NCBI GenBank assembly: GCA_029953675.1
Contig: JAMWBK010000013.1
Coordinates: 434,001 to 498,000 of the forward strand
Direction of reading: 5' to 3'
DNA from: Rhodosorus marinus CCMP1338
Lineage: Eukaryota > Plantae > Rhodophyta
Length of the DNA stretch: 64,000 nucleotides
Position 1 is the first letter of the stretch, and every line of letters begins with the position of its first letter. The notes beneath the pieces were generated by a model. That model made no database searches and was not told where the DNA came from. It was given only the letters and a program-made list of their open reading frames with translations. The position numbers and the translations under genes are program-made. Positions 1 through 12,051 of this stretch are shown here, piece after piece.

Positions 1-1468
1 TTCCGCGCTTACAAACTCACGACTGCTCAGGTACATCTACGCACATCACGTAAGACACGGCGATATCATGAAGAAGGTATACTCCTCGACACAGATACAT
101 CTGCTGTACGATGCACCGGAAATGAGCAGTCATCGTGAATCCTGCAAAGCGACAGAACAGAGCTTCATCCCAGCGAGGCATTCGAAAACACTGCCTGACA
201 TCATTGTGGGAACCAACAACGCCGCCGTTTAGCTCCTAGGGGGGGTGTTGTGAGCGTGTAGAACGATTCGAGAATGTACAGGACTTCCATGTCCCGCTTG
301 TCGGCGAAATTGAACAACTTAGCCCTCTGCCTTGCCGAACCGTCGACGTCCGGGATCGGTCGTTCGTGCGTGTTGTGAACGCCGATGTCAACTGCTTGAC
401 ACTTCTGACTGTAGATACTGACAAGATTGTCGCTTAAAGAAATTGTAAATAGGCAGGAATATTTGATTGAGGAACACCAGCCTTTCCGGAAGTTAAAAGA
501 ACGTAAAACAACTCGGGCGCTATGCTCGACCTACTCAGTCTGAGTGATTGTAGTTTTCATGAAGTAGAATGGAACTACACCCTAAGCTAAGCCCTTCTTG
601 TGCCACCCAGCAGTGCCTACCATCCTTAGTTGTGGATTGCAAATAATATATAACGAAAATTGCGACGTCGTTGTGGACAGGCCTCTCACAAGCAGTCGGC
701 CCACGTCTTGATAGGCCCCAGCCGCAAGTCTTCAACTGGGCATGTCGTATCCGATACCCTCGGCTTTTTATAGGCCTAATTCCAGCGCACTGCTCAAGCA
801 CTAAGCGATTGCAGTGCACGTACCTAGGACTGCTCACTTTAGCCTTTCTAAGATGGAATTAGCTGGCAACTTGTCGAGGTAACGCTTAAGGATCTCTGGC
901 ACTGAGCCATATTTTCTCTATGAGCCCGGTTGCAGTGCCTAAGAAAACCTCCGTACCTGAATACTCTGCATTTGAGAGGTCGGTGAGTAAACTTGTAACC
1001 GAACTGTTTGCAGGATCCTAAAAGCCAATTCTGGACTCAAACCTCTAAGAGTCTGTGATTTGTTTCTCCCCACCTACTCCTGCCATGTACGAATTCTGCA
1101 AGAGATGAGAGTAAAACCAGTACGCACCGCACCTACTACATCCTCCCTTTTCCTTGTGAGCTGGAAGATCTCCCAAGTTGAGTGGAATGATACGACATGC
1201 TAAATCCGGAATTTGATGAAATGATTGGTTACGATCGATGAATGTGTCAGCACCAGAGCTTCCGGCAATGCGTTTGCTTGATACGTCCAGGTTGATTGAC
1301 TTTTGCAAATGCCCGAAATAGCATTTGGACATGGAGCGGAGAAGGCTGCCGAGGCTCTTCATGAATTTTGTGAGAAGGCGAAGGTTTTTAATTGTGTTGC
1401 AGTGTATCAATGATGGCGCTACAATCTACTTACTGAAGCTGTCTGCTGTGCGGGGCTTGTTGGAGGGG

Positions 1469-2315
1469 ATGGGTAACCTGGGCGGAAGCAAGTTTCTTGT
1501 AGTTGACGCTCTGGGATGGGCTGATGCTAAGGATGACCTGTTCGCCACGGCCTTGTCCAGGATTGATCCCTTAGAAAGTGGAGAAACGTATGAGGTTGTG
1601 AAGCCAAAGACTGGGGAGCACCTGCCGGAAACAGTTGAGGAGATTAAGCAGTATGACGGCATCGTAATTTCTGGTTCGGCAACATCAGCAAACGATGAAC
1701 TGGAATGGATCGACAAATTATCTGAGATGATAAGGATGATTGCAAGCCAAGATAAGACAAGGCTTGTTGGAATTTGTTTCGGTCATCAGCTTGTTGCCAA
1801 AGCGCTTGGTGGTAGTGTATTGAAGCAGGATACGTTCATATTGCAACCTGAGAGAATTGAACCTCTGAGCAGGTTGTGGACTGACAACGTGAGCGGCGCG
1901 TCACAGCTACTGCTGGAATCTCACGGAGACCAGGTTTCGTTAGCTCCGCCGGGTGCTGAGGTGTGACCAAGGCTTCGCCTCAGGCTGCCCCGATGAAATG
2001 CGCTTGTAGCAAGCCCGGCTGAACAATTCTTCATGGTTTGTACAGGTTCTAGCGAGCAGCACGACTGCCAAGATTGAGTCAATGGCAGTGCGCTCAGTGA
2101 AGGGTGATCGTCGGGTTGTGGCGTGGACGCTGCAAGCCCATCCGGAAATGCAAGCGCATCTCCTCGTGGACAGAGTTCTCTCTCGCGTAGCCAACCAGAT
2201 GGAAAATCGAGGGCAGGGGGCACGAGAACAACTTCTAGCTTTCAACGCCAAAGACGCATGCTTTATGATGAAAGCTGTGAAGAGCTTCTTGGTGTCAGGA
2301 TGGTCGAACTCTTAA
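1469..2315 (+). CDS. Class I glutamine amidotransferase-like protein (GMP-synthase/gamma-glutamyl peptidase type), paralog 1; one intron at about 1961-2045
   Basis: Motifs DGIVISGS, GICFGHQ (nucleophile Cys), HGDQV and LQAHPE (His-x-Glu). A GT..AG intron at 1961-2045 restores PPGAE|VLASS. ATG 1469 chosen by alignment to the paralog start; an upstream in-frame extension from 1331 is possible. Confidence 0.88.
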
Positions 2316-2851
2316 TCCCGACTCGACCTAATAGCTCAATACCTAGTCTCAAGCGACCAGATCCTGCAACTCAACGGATCGAATTGGCCGATGCCACGCA
2401 CAATCTCATGCCGTGGATTGCGTCATCTTAAGCGTGCCAATAAACTGAGTTTGAACATAGCCGAGTAAAGCAAAGCAAGAAGTGAGCTGGCTTCCCGCAA
2501 CATTCACCGTGCAGGAAAGGGGTGTACAAGAAGAGCCTCGTTATGAACGTGAACACACTATGTGGTGCTTGTTGTATTGACGGACCCTCCTAGTTGCTTA
2601 GCACAATGAATCCGTAGTAATTGGTCAGCAGCGATCGACGCTGAAAATTTCTTCGTGAAGATTGTGTGGGATGGCCATAGTTGGAATGGAGGAAATGGAA
2701 TGGAACGGGACCCACACAATGGGTTTGAGGTTTGGGTACATGGTGCTGGAGCGGGGAGGTGGGAAAAGTGGATACTGTTGCGTGGTTACGTGGTCGTTTG
2801 GAGTGAAGCGTTGTGGTGAGGTTGGCGGTTTCGTGTCTGCGGTTGGCGGGG

Positions 2852-3711
2852 ATGAGCAGTCTCGGCGAGAGCAGGTTTCTCGTAGTGGATACGGCTGACA
2901 ACGAGAAGTGGGCTGGGGCTGCGGATGATCTGTTCAGCAAGGTTTTGTGCAAGATTGAACAGCTGGATAATGAGAAGTATGAGGTAGTGCGCCCATATGC
3001 GGGAGAGCGCCTGCCGGAGACTGTTGAAGAAGTTCAGCAGTACAAGGGTGTGATCATTACTGGGTCTGGACGGTCAGCAAACGATGACTTTGAGTGGATT
3101 GAAAAGATATCCGAGATGATCAGGGCTATCGTCAGTCAGGAGAAGACAAGACTCGTTGCTATTTGTTTCGGGCAGCAACTGGTTGCCCGGGCTCTGGGTG
3201 GCAGGGTATCAAAGCAAGATATGTTCACATTGCAACCTGAGAGAATCGTTCCTTCAGGCGAGCTATGGTTGGTAAACCTGGGTGGCGCGTCGAAACTTCT
3301 CCTGGAAGCTCACGGAGACCAGGTCTCAATACCTCCCCCCCGGGCTGATGTACGTGCGCGCATGGATTCTACGATCAAGCTGCGATAACTGAAATGCCTC
3401 GTGTGTGCGATTTTCAACAGGTCTTAGCGACAAGCAGCACTGCGGCGATTGAGTCCATGGCCATTCGCTCGGGAACCGGTGATGGCAGGGTTGTGGTGTG
3501 GACGCTGCAAGCACATCCGGAGATGCCAGCGCCTCTCTTCGTTGATAAGGTTCTCCCATTTGTATCCAAGAGGATGGAAAATGATGGATATGGCGCTCGG
3601 GAAAAACTGCTGTCCTTCAAACCTAGCGACGCTGAATTCATCATGAGCGAAATGAAAAAGTTCTTGGTGTCCGGATGGTCGACAACAACTCGTGAGCAGT
3701 CCGTCTGTTGA
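2852..3711 (+). CDS. Class I glutamine amidotransferase-like protein, paralog 2; one intron at 3350-3420
   Basis: Colinear with paralog 1 (MSSLGESRFLVVD vs MGNLGGSKFLVVD). Motifs GVIITGS, AICFGQQ, HGDQV, LQAHPE. Intron gtacgt..caacag lies at the identical codon position. Confidence 0.88.
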
Positions 3712-3831
3712 GCTCCATGAACAGTCCTAACGATGCTGCAAGCAAAGTCCTTCTTATGTACTATATTGAGCTTCAGTCGTTAGGATGTCCGCTCCAATGC
3801 ACAGGGCACGTCTTGCGCACAGCAGTAAATT

Positions 3832-3983
3832 ATCATCCACCACTCTTCAGCGTCCAAAGAGCCGGTCGAGCCTGCTCCAGCCTGCTCTAGGTCGAGGTAT
3901 AGCCAGCTACGCATCATCCACCACTCTTCAGCGTCCAAAGAGCCTGTCGAGCCTGCTCTAGGTCGGGGTATGGCCAGCTACGC
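3832..3983. repeat. Imperfect tandem duplication (81 + 71 bp)
   Basis: atcatccaccactcttcagcgtccaaagagcc..gccagctacgc occurs at 3832-3912 and 3913-3983. Confidence 0.9.
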
Positions 3984-4448
3984 GCAGCTCTGCACTGCCC
4001 TCTTTCTGAACGGGGTATAATCAGCCAGCAAAGACGGAAGTTCGCCGTCTTTTCAGTGACCACGCTAGCAGCTACTGAGGTTTTGCAGTGGACGCTGCAG
4101 TTGCAAGGACTCCACCTTTAGCACGGCTCAGTAACGCGAATGTTCGAACACATTAATGTAACGCCACTTGTTCCACGTCCGTTTTCCTCCGCATCGAGTT
4201 CACCCTTGTCATACTTCAATATCGGGAGGGAACATTTGGCATTTCTCGCAACTTTCTATGGACTGCAAAACGTTTTTAATTTTCAAGGCTGGTTGGTGCT
4301 TTGCTCTGTGCTCTGATCAGTAGTATTTGTGGCTCTTTGAGGTTGAGAGGGCGGGGAGGGGGAGAGTGTGGGTAGGGTTTGTACTGATGGGATGCATGAA
4401 CATCTAACTATTTCTTAAGAAATACTGATAAGATGGTCGGCACAAGGA

Positions 4449-5858
4449 AAGATAATATGGCGAGGAGAGGATTGCTCACATCGCCCATCAAGTCCGAGTC
4501 GAAAAGCGGTGAGACTGCTCGCAGCTAGACGTTAAGTGTAAGTGCCTGAACCGTGGAGAGCGCTGTGCTCCGCTTCGTTTTGTCGTCGGGTGTTTGTTAC
4601 CGCGACGCAGATGGAAATCAGAGTGGGTCTGCGCTGAATCCTGCAGCTCTTGGGGGTAGTGAACAACTTGGTCACCCGCTCAAGCAAGGGATTGTGAAGC
4701 AAGCATTTAGGAGCGACGTAGCCGGGTTATCCTTGAGCGATCACCCGTCGGATGCCTTATCCTCGTCTTCTGGAGATCAGATCATCAGAACTTTTCAAGG
4801 TTTCTTCCATGAGCAGCAGAGAGTATGCCATGTTCACTAGCACATGCCTTAGATGTCAAACGAGACCGTGCTCTGACCTCGTCGAAGTGTAGGTGCTTGA
4901 GTCTCGAGCCCTGAAATCCCAAGAACGGCATGCGACGCAAAGTAAGATGGATTCTCCAGTGTTTTCAAAGCTGGGTAGCAAATGGCCCCCAAAGTATGCA
5001 GTGGACTTATCACACACCCGAAACATATCGATATGCACTACTCAAGAGATCGATCATCGAGTTCGAGCAGTTAGTGAAAAGTTCGATGACACTGTTTCAA
5101 CATTTCAGAATCGCGTTCTTGCCGCTTGCAATGCACAACTCGCAGAGACCGAGAAGCTTGAACGAGAGCTCACGTCTAGCGTGAAAATGCTTCAGGTACC
5201 TCCTTGAAGTACAGAAAATGCTTCGTTCACAGAAGAAGGGGGACTCATTGGGCGAGATCCGATTCGGTTTGAACAGGATATCATATACCACGGCTCGCGA
5301 AGGGGTATGAAGCTCAAGAGAGTTACGCAAGGAATCCATGAAAACTGCGTACGCAGTATGAGAGCATCAAAGTATGATGAAGCCCTTCCCCTGCAATCAA
5401 CAGGCTTTTCATTGTCGTTCAGCCCTGTTTTCGTTCCCCCCAACTTTGGCAGAGCTCAGCTTCGTGACAGGCAAAAGGATCTGATCAGTAGACTTGGAAA
5501 GGAGGACGGAAGGGCCAAACGGCACTTCAAGCTCGAGAAACAGCGTCTACATGCTCTCAAATCAGTTGCAGATCTGCTGAATTGATTGACGTCGCTGAAA
5601 CTGGACAAGATCAAGCATGAAAAGGGTGTGAAAGCGCTAGTTGCGCTCCCAAACCGCGTAGTCGCTGCGAGAATAGTTTTCATTGCCTCCGAAGTACACG
5701 AAACGCGAACAACCAAGTCCGCACGGCGTAGTCACCAACCAATGCCAAAGGGGGAAAACACAGCAGTGAAGGAGATCGCTCCTCCCAGCCCATACCGCTC
5801 GAGAAAAATCACAATTAGGCCCTCTTCAAAGATTCCTCTTATTTGCTGGCGTCAATAA
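4449..5858 (+). CDS. Putative spliced hypothetical gene (coiled-coil-like); exon structure uncertain
   Basis: Successive + strand ORFs (4553-4840, 4893-5207, 5307-5585, 5586-5858) with helical, charged composition and candidate GT donors. No recognisable domain. Confidence 0.3.
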
Positions 5859-6883
5859 AGCTCAAAATCCCTCCGAGCCAACTGAGAAGCGGAGCAGCGG
5901 GCGGATCCGGCAGCCCGTACAATTTCCTTCAGTTAGCCAGGGACGAGGACCAGAGCTCTCACTTCCCCTGTATTGATCCATGTAACCAGTTGGTAGAGTC
6001 GTTCACACAATGATTTTTGCCTTTTCGGTGTTCGGGTCGTTCAAGTCGCGGATAAAGGTCCTCCAGGTAAAGAGCCCATGAGCAGCTTTTGCTTCGCTAT
6101 CGAAAACTGTACAGAACTGGTAACCCAAAGGTTAAGGGTTAGACTTGGTCGCGTGAGTGCCATTCTGTGATCGCCCTGACTCTCTTTGCGAGCTGTAACT
6201 GTACGCTTCGTTGACCGTGGTTCTTCGGTGCCGTAGGGTACCTTGGTTCTTCAGATGCTCTCCGCGCGGATTTTCCAGTGCACGTCGCCCGGGGATCCCA
6301 GCCACCCTTAGAGGGACCCCCTTGTCCTACCCCAGAGAAACGATTGATCTCAGTCAACAGAAGTACTATTGACTGCCTTATTGACTGATAAATCTGAGAA
6401 GCCCAAAAAATTTAGCCAATCTATTTTCGGTTTTCCATATTGATTGATCTAGTCAAAGTAAACATTTCTATTTCGGGCTTGGACCGCCATCAGTCAATAT
6501 AAATTCCTTGTTGATTGTTTTAATATCTGAGGAAGCAATTTTTTTCTTCTTTTTTTTTAACAGGGGCCGGTTGACACATCGGAGTTTTTTTCAGATCTAA
6601 AAATTTTTCTTTTGTTTTGGATCTCAGAAGATAATGAGCGAATAAGAGAAGGTGAAGTCAATGAGGGAGGGTTGGCAGCTGCTACGGGGATGTGCGGGTG
6701 GACGTCCGGAGGGATGTGAAACTATAGTATCAAGAAGAGACGGCGATCTTGGACAACTCGTTGATTCGAGATTTGGCAATTGTACACTTTCCCCGCGGTG
6801 GTGTTGTAGGGTTTTTTTTGGTTCTGCTGTTTTGTGGGTTGATTGGTTTTTTTGTTTTTTGTTTGCAGAGTTGAAAGCTTGCG

Positions 6884-8790
6884 ATGGGGCTGCTGAAGGC
6901 ATCTATATGCCTAGGGCTGGCACTAGTCGGCTTGGCGGCAGCTAGTGATCTTTATGATTATGCCAGAAGTCCTGTTGTGGAGCTTACTTCGAATAATTTT
7001 AAAGAGAAGGTCATGGAATCTAACGAGACATGGTATGTCCTTCTCTGTACTGCTTTTGCTTGCCTGCTGCCTGCTGTAGTGCATTGGTGATTCTAGAATT
7101 ACTTCCCTGAATATTTTGGACTCGTTCACGTAGGTTTGTGGAGTTTTACGCTCCTTGGTGTGGTCACTGCAAGAGCCTTGCCCCAAGCTGGGAAAAGGCA
7201 GCGGAACACCTGAAAGGGGTAGTATACTTTGGTGGTGTCAATTGCGACGAACATAAAGATATGGCGCAAAAGTAAGAAAGGGCAATTTGGTTGCGCAGAT
7301 CAAGAGAATAAAAGTCGCTCACTCAATTTGTTGCTCTGGATTAGGTACGGAGTCCGTGGATTCCCGACGATCAAGGTCTTCAAAGGCAGCGGAAGCAGGG
7401 CCAGGCGCCCAACAGAGTACCAGGGTCAACGCTCTGCCAAGGCCATCGTCGATCGAGCAAAGATGGAGATCCCGAACAATGTCGTAGAGATCAAATCAGG
7501 TGGCATTGACTCATTTTTGGAGGATGAAAAGCAGCTTGCTCACGTCATCCTGTTCACGGATAAGACGACTACCTCTACAACCTACAAGAGTCTCAGCTCG
7601 GCGTTCCTAGGGAAAGCCTCTCTCGGAGAGATTCGCAAGAAGGAGGCGGAAGCTATTAAGGAGAAGTTCGAGGTGACCTCCTATCCGGCTTTCGTCTACT
7701 TTTCGCCGGGAGCGAATGCAGACCAGTATTCCAAGTACTCCGGACCGACGGAGCCTCTGGCGCTACGTAACTTCATTGGCAACCTTGTAGGAGAGACGGC
7801 GGGTACGATTGAACAGCGTTGGACTCCTTCTCCTGGCTTTGTCAAGTCACGTCATGCTTGCGGAATAGTCGCGAGTCTTTTAACACAGTAGTTTTGAACT
7901 CCCATTGCGTGTATCAGGTCAATATACTGATGAAACCATAGATCCATCCAAGGCGAAGGGGAGCGATGAAGAAATGGAGCAGCATTTCTACCAGCCAAAA
8001 GAACATGAAGTCGGAGCCGAGAAAGTGACTGGTACGGCATCGTTTAATAGATTGTGCATGAAGCGACTGGACAGCTCCTCTTGCATTGCAGCATTCATTA
8101 CGGACAGTACCAAGGCAGAAGCTGTGCAAGATGCGATGAAATCGCTTTCTGAGAAGTAGGTTTGAAGCTCCTACTCTCAACTCCGGAGGTCTCCATGCGG
8201 AGGATGGAGACGGTCACGTTCCTAAGAATTGGAGCTCATGCTTGAGTCCCGCTTGTGAAACTGTTCCTTGTTACAGGTACAAGTACGACAACCTGGCGTT
8301 TGTTGTTGGCGACGTTAGCGACGATGAGTCTGGTATGAAACTCGTGGAGGCTTTAGAACTAGATACATCCCTTGGCGTTTCTCTGGTTGTGCTGCGCGGG
8401 AGAAAGATGAAGTATGCTGAGCGTGAGAATTCCTCGGGAGAATTCTCAGTTGCTGCAGGTGTGTCTTTCCTAGACCGCGTACTAGGCGGGGATATCCGCT
8501 ACAAGAAGCTCCCGAGTGAGTTGCCGGCATGGAACGAGCTGGAGATTGAAACCGAAGCTGACGAAGAGAATGCTGAGGCCGGAGATGAAAAGACTGAAGC
8601 GACTGATGCGGGAGAGGATGCAGAAGCTGAGTCCGGTGGTCAAGGTACAGATGACCGGCAAGCTGACAAGGAGCCGAGTGGTGGTAAGGCCAAGGAGTTC
8701 GGAGCTGGATCAGAAAATGACCCTCAAGTCCACCCCGGTGAAAAATGTGATACTGATGGTACTGAGAAGGATAGCAAGGAGGAATTGTAA
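6884..8790 (+). CDS. ER protein disulfide isomerase (PDIA6/P5-like, single active thioredoxin domain plus b-type domains)
   Basis: Signal peptide [20 protein letters not shown]. Splicing (introns 7033-7133, 7272-7344, from about 7802, 8156-8276) gives W|[17 protein letters not shown] and K|[10 protein letters not shown]. Acidic tail ends in the ER-retention signal KEEL. Confidence 0.92.
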
Positions 8791-9239
8791 CGCTAGGGGA
8801 AGCTCAAGAGTTACGTTGTCTTGCTCGTTAGACCAGGGCACGAATCGATTAAGTACACCTCTCAGAAAACGCACAGAGTAACGTTCAGTGCTTTCGAATT
8901 GGACTACAATTAAACTTGTTGACCAGCTCGCGTTTCCGAGTCGCCTTAATTTCTGTTGGTCCTGTTTTCCAGCTCGCGGGTCCCGCAGCGCTCTCTAGGG
9001 TGAGGCCCTGCAGACACCGGGACATTTCCTCAAGATTTTCCTCAAGACATGGGTACCACATATCGGGTCGCGCTGAAGTCATACATATGTTCCCTATCAC
9101 GCTGTTGAGCTTTCGAGGCGCAAGCGCCGTCGAGCAAGCTGTGACCCGACTAGAACAAGTTTCAGATTGTAGCTCCAGTCGTGCACATCGCTAATACGGA
9201 AAGCCTTATTCTAGTGTGGATCAGGGGCATACCCCAAAA

Positions 9240-9478
9240 TGCTTATGCAGGCATTCCCCCCCCCCCCCCGGTTGTCCTGGGGAGAAGAAATATCTGCGAT
9301 TCGGCTCGTCCAGATTTCTGATGCTCCAGGCGCACCCCAAAATGCCCCCCAAAATCCTTCTGCTTGTGCCAGGCATTCCCCCCCGGTTGTCCCGGGGAGA
9401 ATACATATCTGCGATTCGGCTCGTTCCGATTTCTGATGCCTCCACATTCACCCCCAAGTGCCCCAAAAATCCTGCTGC
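9240..9478. repeat. Imperfect direct repeat, two units about 120 bp apart, with C-runs
   Basis: aggcattcccc..ggttgtcc.ggggagaa..atatctgcgattcggctcgt...gatttctgatgc at 9249 and 9371. Confidence 0.85.
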
Positions 9479-10468
9479 TGACTCAGCAAACCTCATCAGA
9501 GATGCAACTTCTCAAAATGGTGGCTTCTCGAGGGATGTCCTCAACAAATGTATCATCGAGGTTAGCGTTAACGACCGCGTGCAAACTGCTAATCAATCTT
9601 TCCTTTATAATGAATTTCAGTTCAATAATTCATTTTTCATGAAGGCATCGAATTTATTTTCATCTTACGAATGCGCTCCAATATAACGTATTTTAGTTGC
9701 TTTAGAGGATATAAATGGCGGCATGATTTTTATGAATATATAAAATATATTTAATCAATCGGCATGCCTCAATGCGGATGTGCCCCGAAATAGAGCCAAA
9801 TCCATGTAATTTTAATAATTATCGTCCAAGGCAAACAACCATTATGGGGCATGCCTTATGCCCCCCGCAGCTTTACTTATTACAAAATATATCCACCCAC
9901 CCCCCGGGGTTAGTTTTCCCTCCATAATTGATTTCTAAGTCTCTCATTCCCCAAAAACGTTAAAAACAAAAGTAATTAGATGTGATCACGTACTGCACTC
10001 CGATTGCGGGTGTCAATGAATAATAATTCGCAGGGGTGGAGGGAGCCGGTCTTTTCTTTTTATCAACGGAACAGGAGTATTTCTCCTTCGAGAATCGCCA
10101 ACCCTGTAGCACTAGCTGAGTCTCCACCGAAAGCGGACTTGTTGATTCTAGGCTAGCTCCAAGGGGGCTCATGCGGGTTATGGATCTGCATGCATAACAA
10201 AGATCCCGTGAGATGGATCAGATCCAGTTGCTCTTCTAACTATATCCGGTTTGTTTTGTTTTCTTTACTATATAACTGAGGCGACCAGGGTTTTGAAACC
10301 CGCGCCCAGGAGCTAACCGGTGCCCTCCGATTCTCTGGAGAGCGTAGATGAATTGAGGCATATTGCTAGCTACTATATACCGAGATGTACGGGTAGAGGG
10401 CGGGAGGTCTGCGAGGAGGGGGACTGGGAAAGTCGTTTAGGGGCTTTGGATCTTGAGCAAAGGGAGGG

Positions 10469-11912
10469 ATGCAGTCTCATTTGACGGAACGTTTGCGATT
10501 GTTTTCGATGGGGATCGGTGAAGAGCTATGGAGGAGCTCCTCGGAAGAGGGTGAGCGTCGAGGACTGAATAGTGGAAAGCTTAAGGAGAAGAGGCGTCTG
10601 GTGGTAATGCTGCCGTTGGTTGTCTTGGCATGCTTTGCGGTTTCCGCAAATTTTGTCATGCGGTCTACTGTTGAATCGCCCCTACTAAGCGGGCCGGAAA
10701 TCGTGGCGCTGCAGAAAGCTGCAAGTGGGGGTGCTCTTCTCACCCAGACGATTGAGGGCTGGGAGTGGCGCGCGTTCTACCCGAAGGAAGAGGGCGAAAA
10801 GGCAGAGCTAGGGGAAAAGAAATTGGACGCGATGCTTGACAACGTTCTTCACGTAGCTAAGCTTATTGGATTCAAGAAGAAGAAGAACAAGCTCGATCAT
10901 GAGGAGGTCGAGACGAGATCTGATATTTACGTTGTTGTCCCGGATCCTGGTGTCGGACTGAAGTACCGCGGGGATGGAGGGAAAGACGACACTCTTCTGG
11001 AACTAAAGGTAAGTTGCGTTCCCTCGAGAGGACAGATTATTCAATAAAGGCGTGATTGTCTGGCTGACTTCCGTGCCCCATGCTCGTTGACCTTTGTAAA
11101 AGCTGAGGACCAGAACAGTCACCGAGTACGGGTTCTTCTCCGATCGTGACTATGTTCTTGAGGATTGGGACAAGATGATTCGGAAACCGCTTGGGAAGAG
11201 CAGGGGTAAGAACAATTGGGACGAACATGCTCTTGCCAATGTGAACGTTGTTGAAATGGTAGCCCTTGTTGTTCGTTAACGGGTTGATATCGCTTCAGGT
11301 CGTGATGTTGTGCTAGATATTCTTGCGGATGCAGTACAGGAATACGATGCCCGTCAATTCGGATCCGCAGAGGACAGGTTCCGTTTCAATCCACAAGTAA
11401 AGAGGTTGTTGGGACTGGCCAAAGAATCTGCAGAAAACGAATCCAAATTCAAGCAGGTGAGATATGTGAATCGCTAAGCCCATTTCTGCTGTTTTCCGCA
11501 AACACTCGTGGAGCCGTTCGCGGCCTAAGAGCATATTAAACTTTGGTCATCCACAGGTCCCCATGACGAAAACGCGGTACCTCGATCGCCTCTCTCTGGT
11601 TTCTAAAGTTCTCACTGTGAACTTCAAGTTCGAAGCGACCGCAGTGAAGTTGGATGATTCGGAGTGGTGGAGCGTTGCCATTGAAGGTGCCCAAAAGCGC
11701 TTTTTAAAGTCTGACTGTTTGCAAACATCGTTCCAAGCCTGATGAGCAACTCTTGTTCTTGTGCTCTGATGTTTTCTACAGGACCGAACCGTCTGCTGTG
11801 CTCTGTCTTCGCTGATGTAATTCTTCGTGAAAAAGATGTTCAGAAGGCTCTTAGAGAGAATAAGGTTATCTTCGCGGGGTATCCCGAGTTTTTGCAAGTT
11901 TATCAAGAATAG
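10469..11912 (+). CDS. CYTH-like (triphosphate tunnel fold) protein with N-terminal transmembrane anchor; multi-exon
   Basis: TM segment LVVMLPLVVLACFAVSANFVM. Motifs WEWRAFYP, RSDIY..VGLKYRG, LELK|LRT, MTKTRY, WWSVAIEG and terminal GYPEFL are joined through four GT-AG introns. Stop TAG 11910-11912. Confidence 0.65.
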
Positions 11913-12051
11913 CACTCTCCATAGGCGCCCTACCTTTTCAGCCGGATCGCGTCAATTACAGACCACTAAAACAATGCGCAGCCGGCGAAAGTCTCCCACG
12001 AACAGGTGCGGCAGTGCTTCGCTTTCTATTCCTAGTATCCATCAACGGCTG

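Noticed and set aside
1-1410. Minus-strand ORF fragments (236-424, 535-837, 1045-1410) as a gene
   Set aside because: Some are protein-like, but I could not assemble exons or recognise a family.
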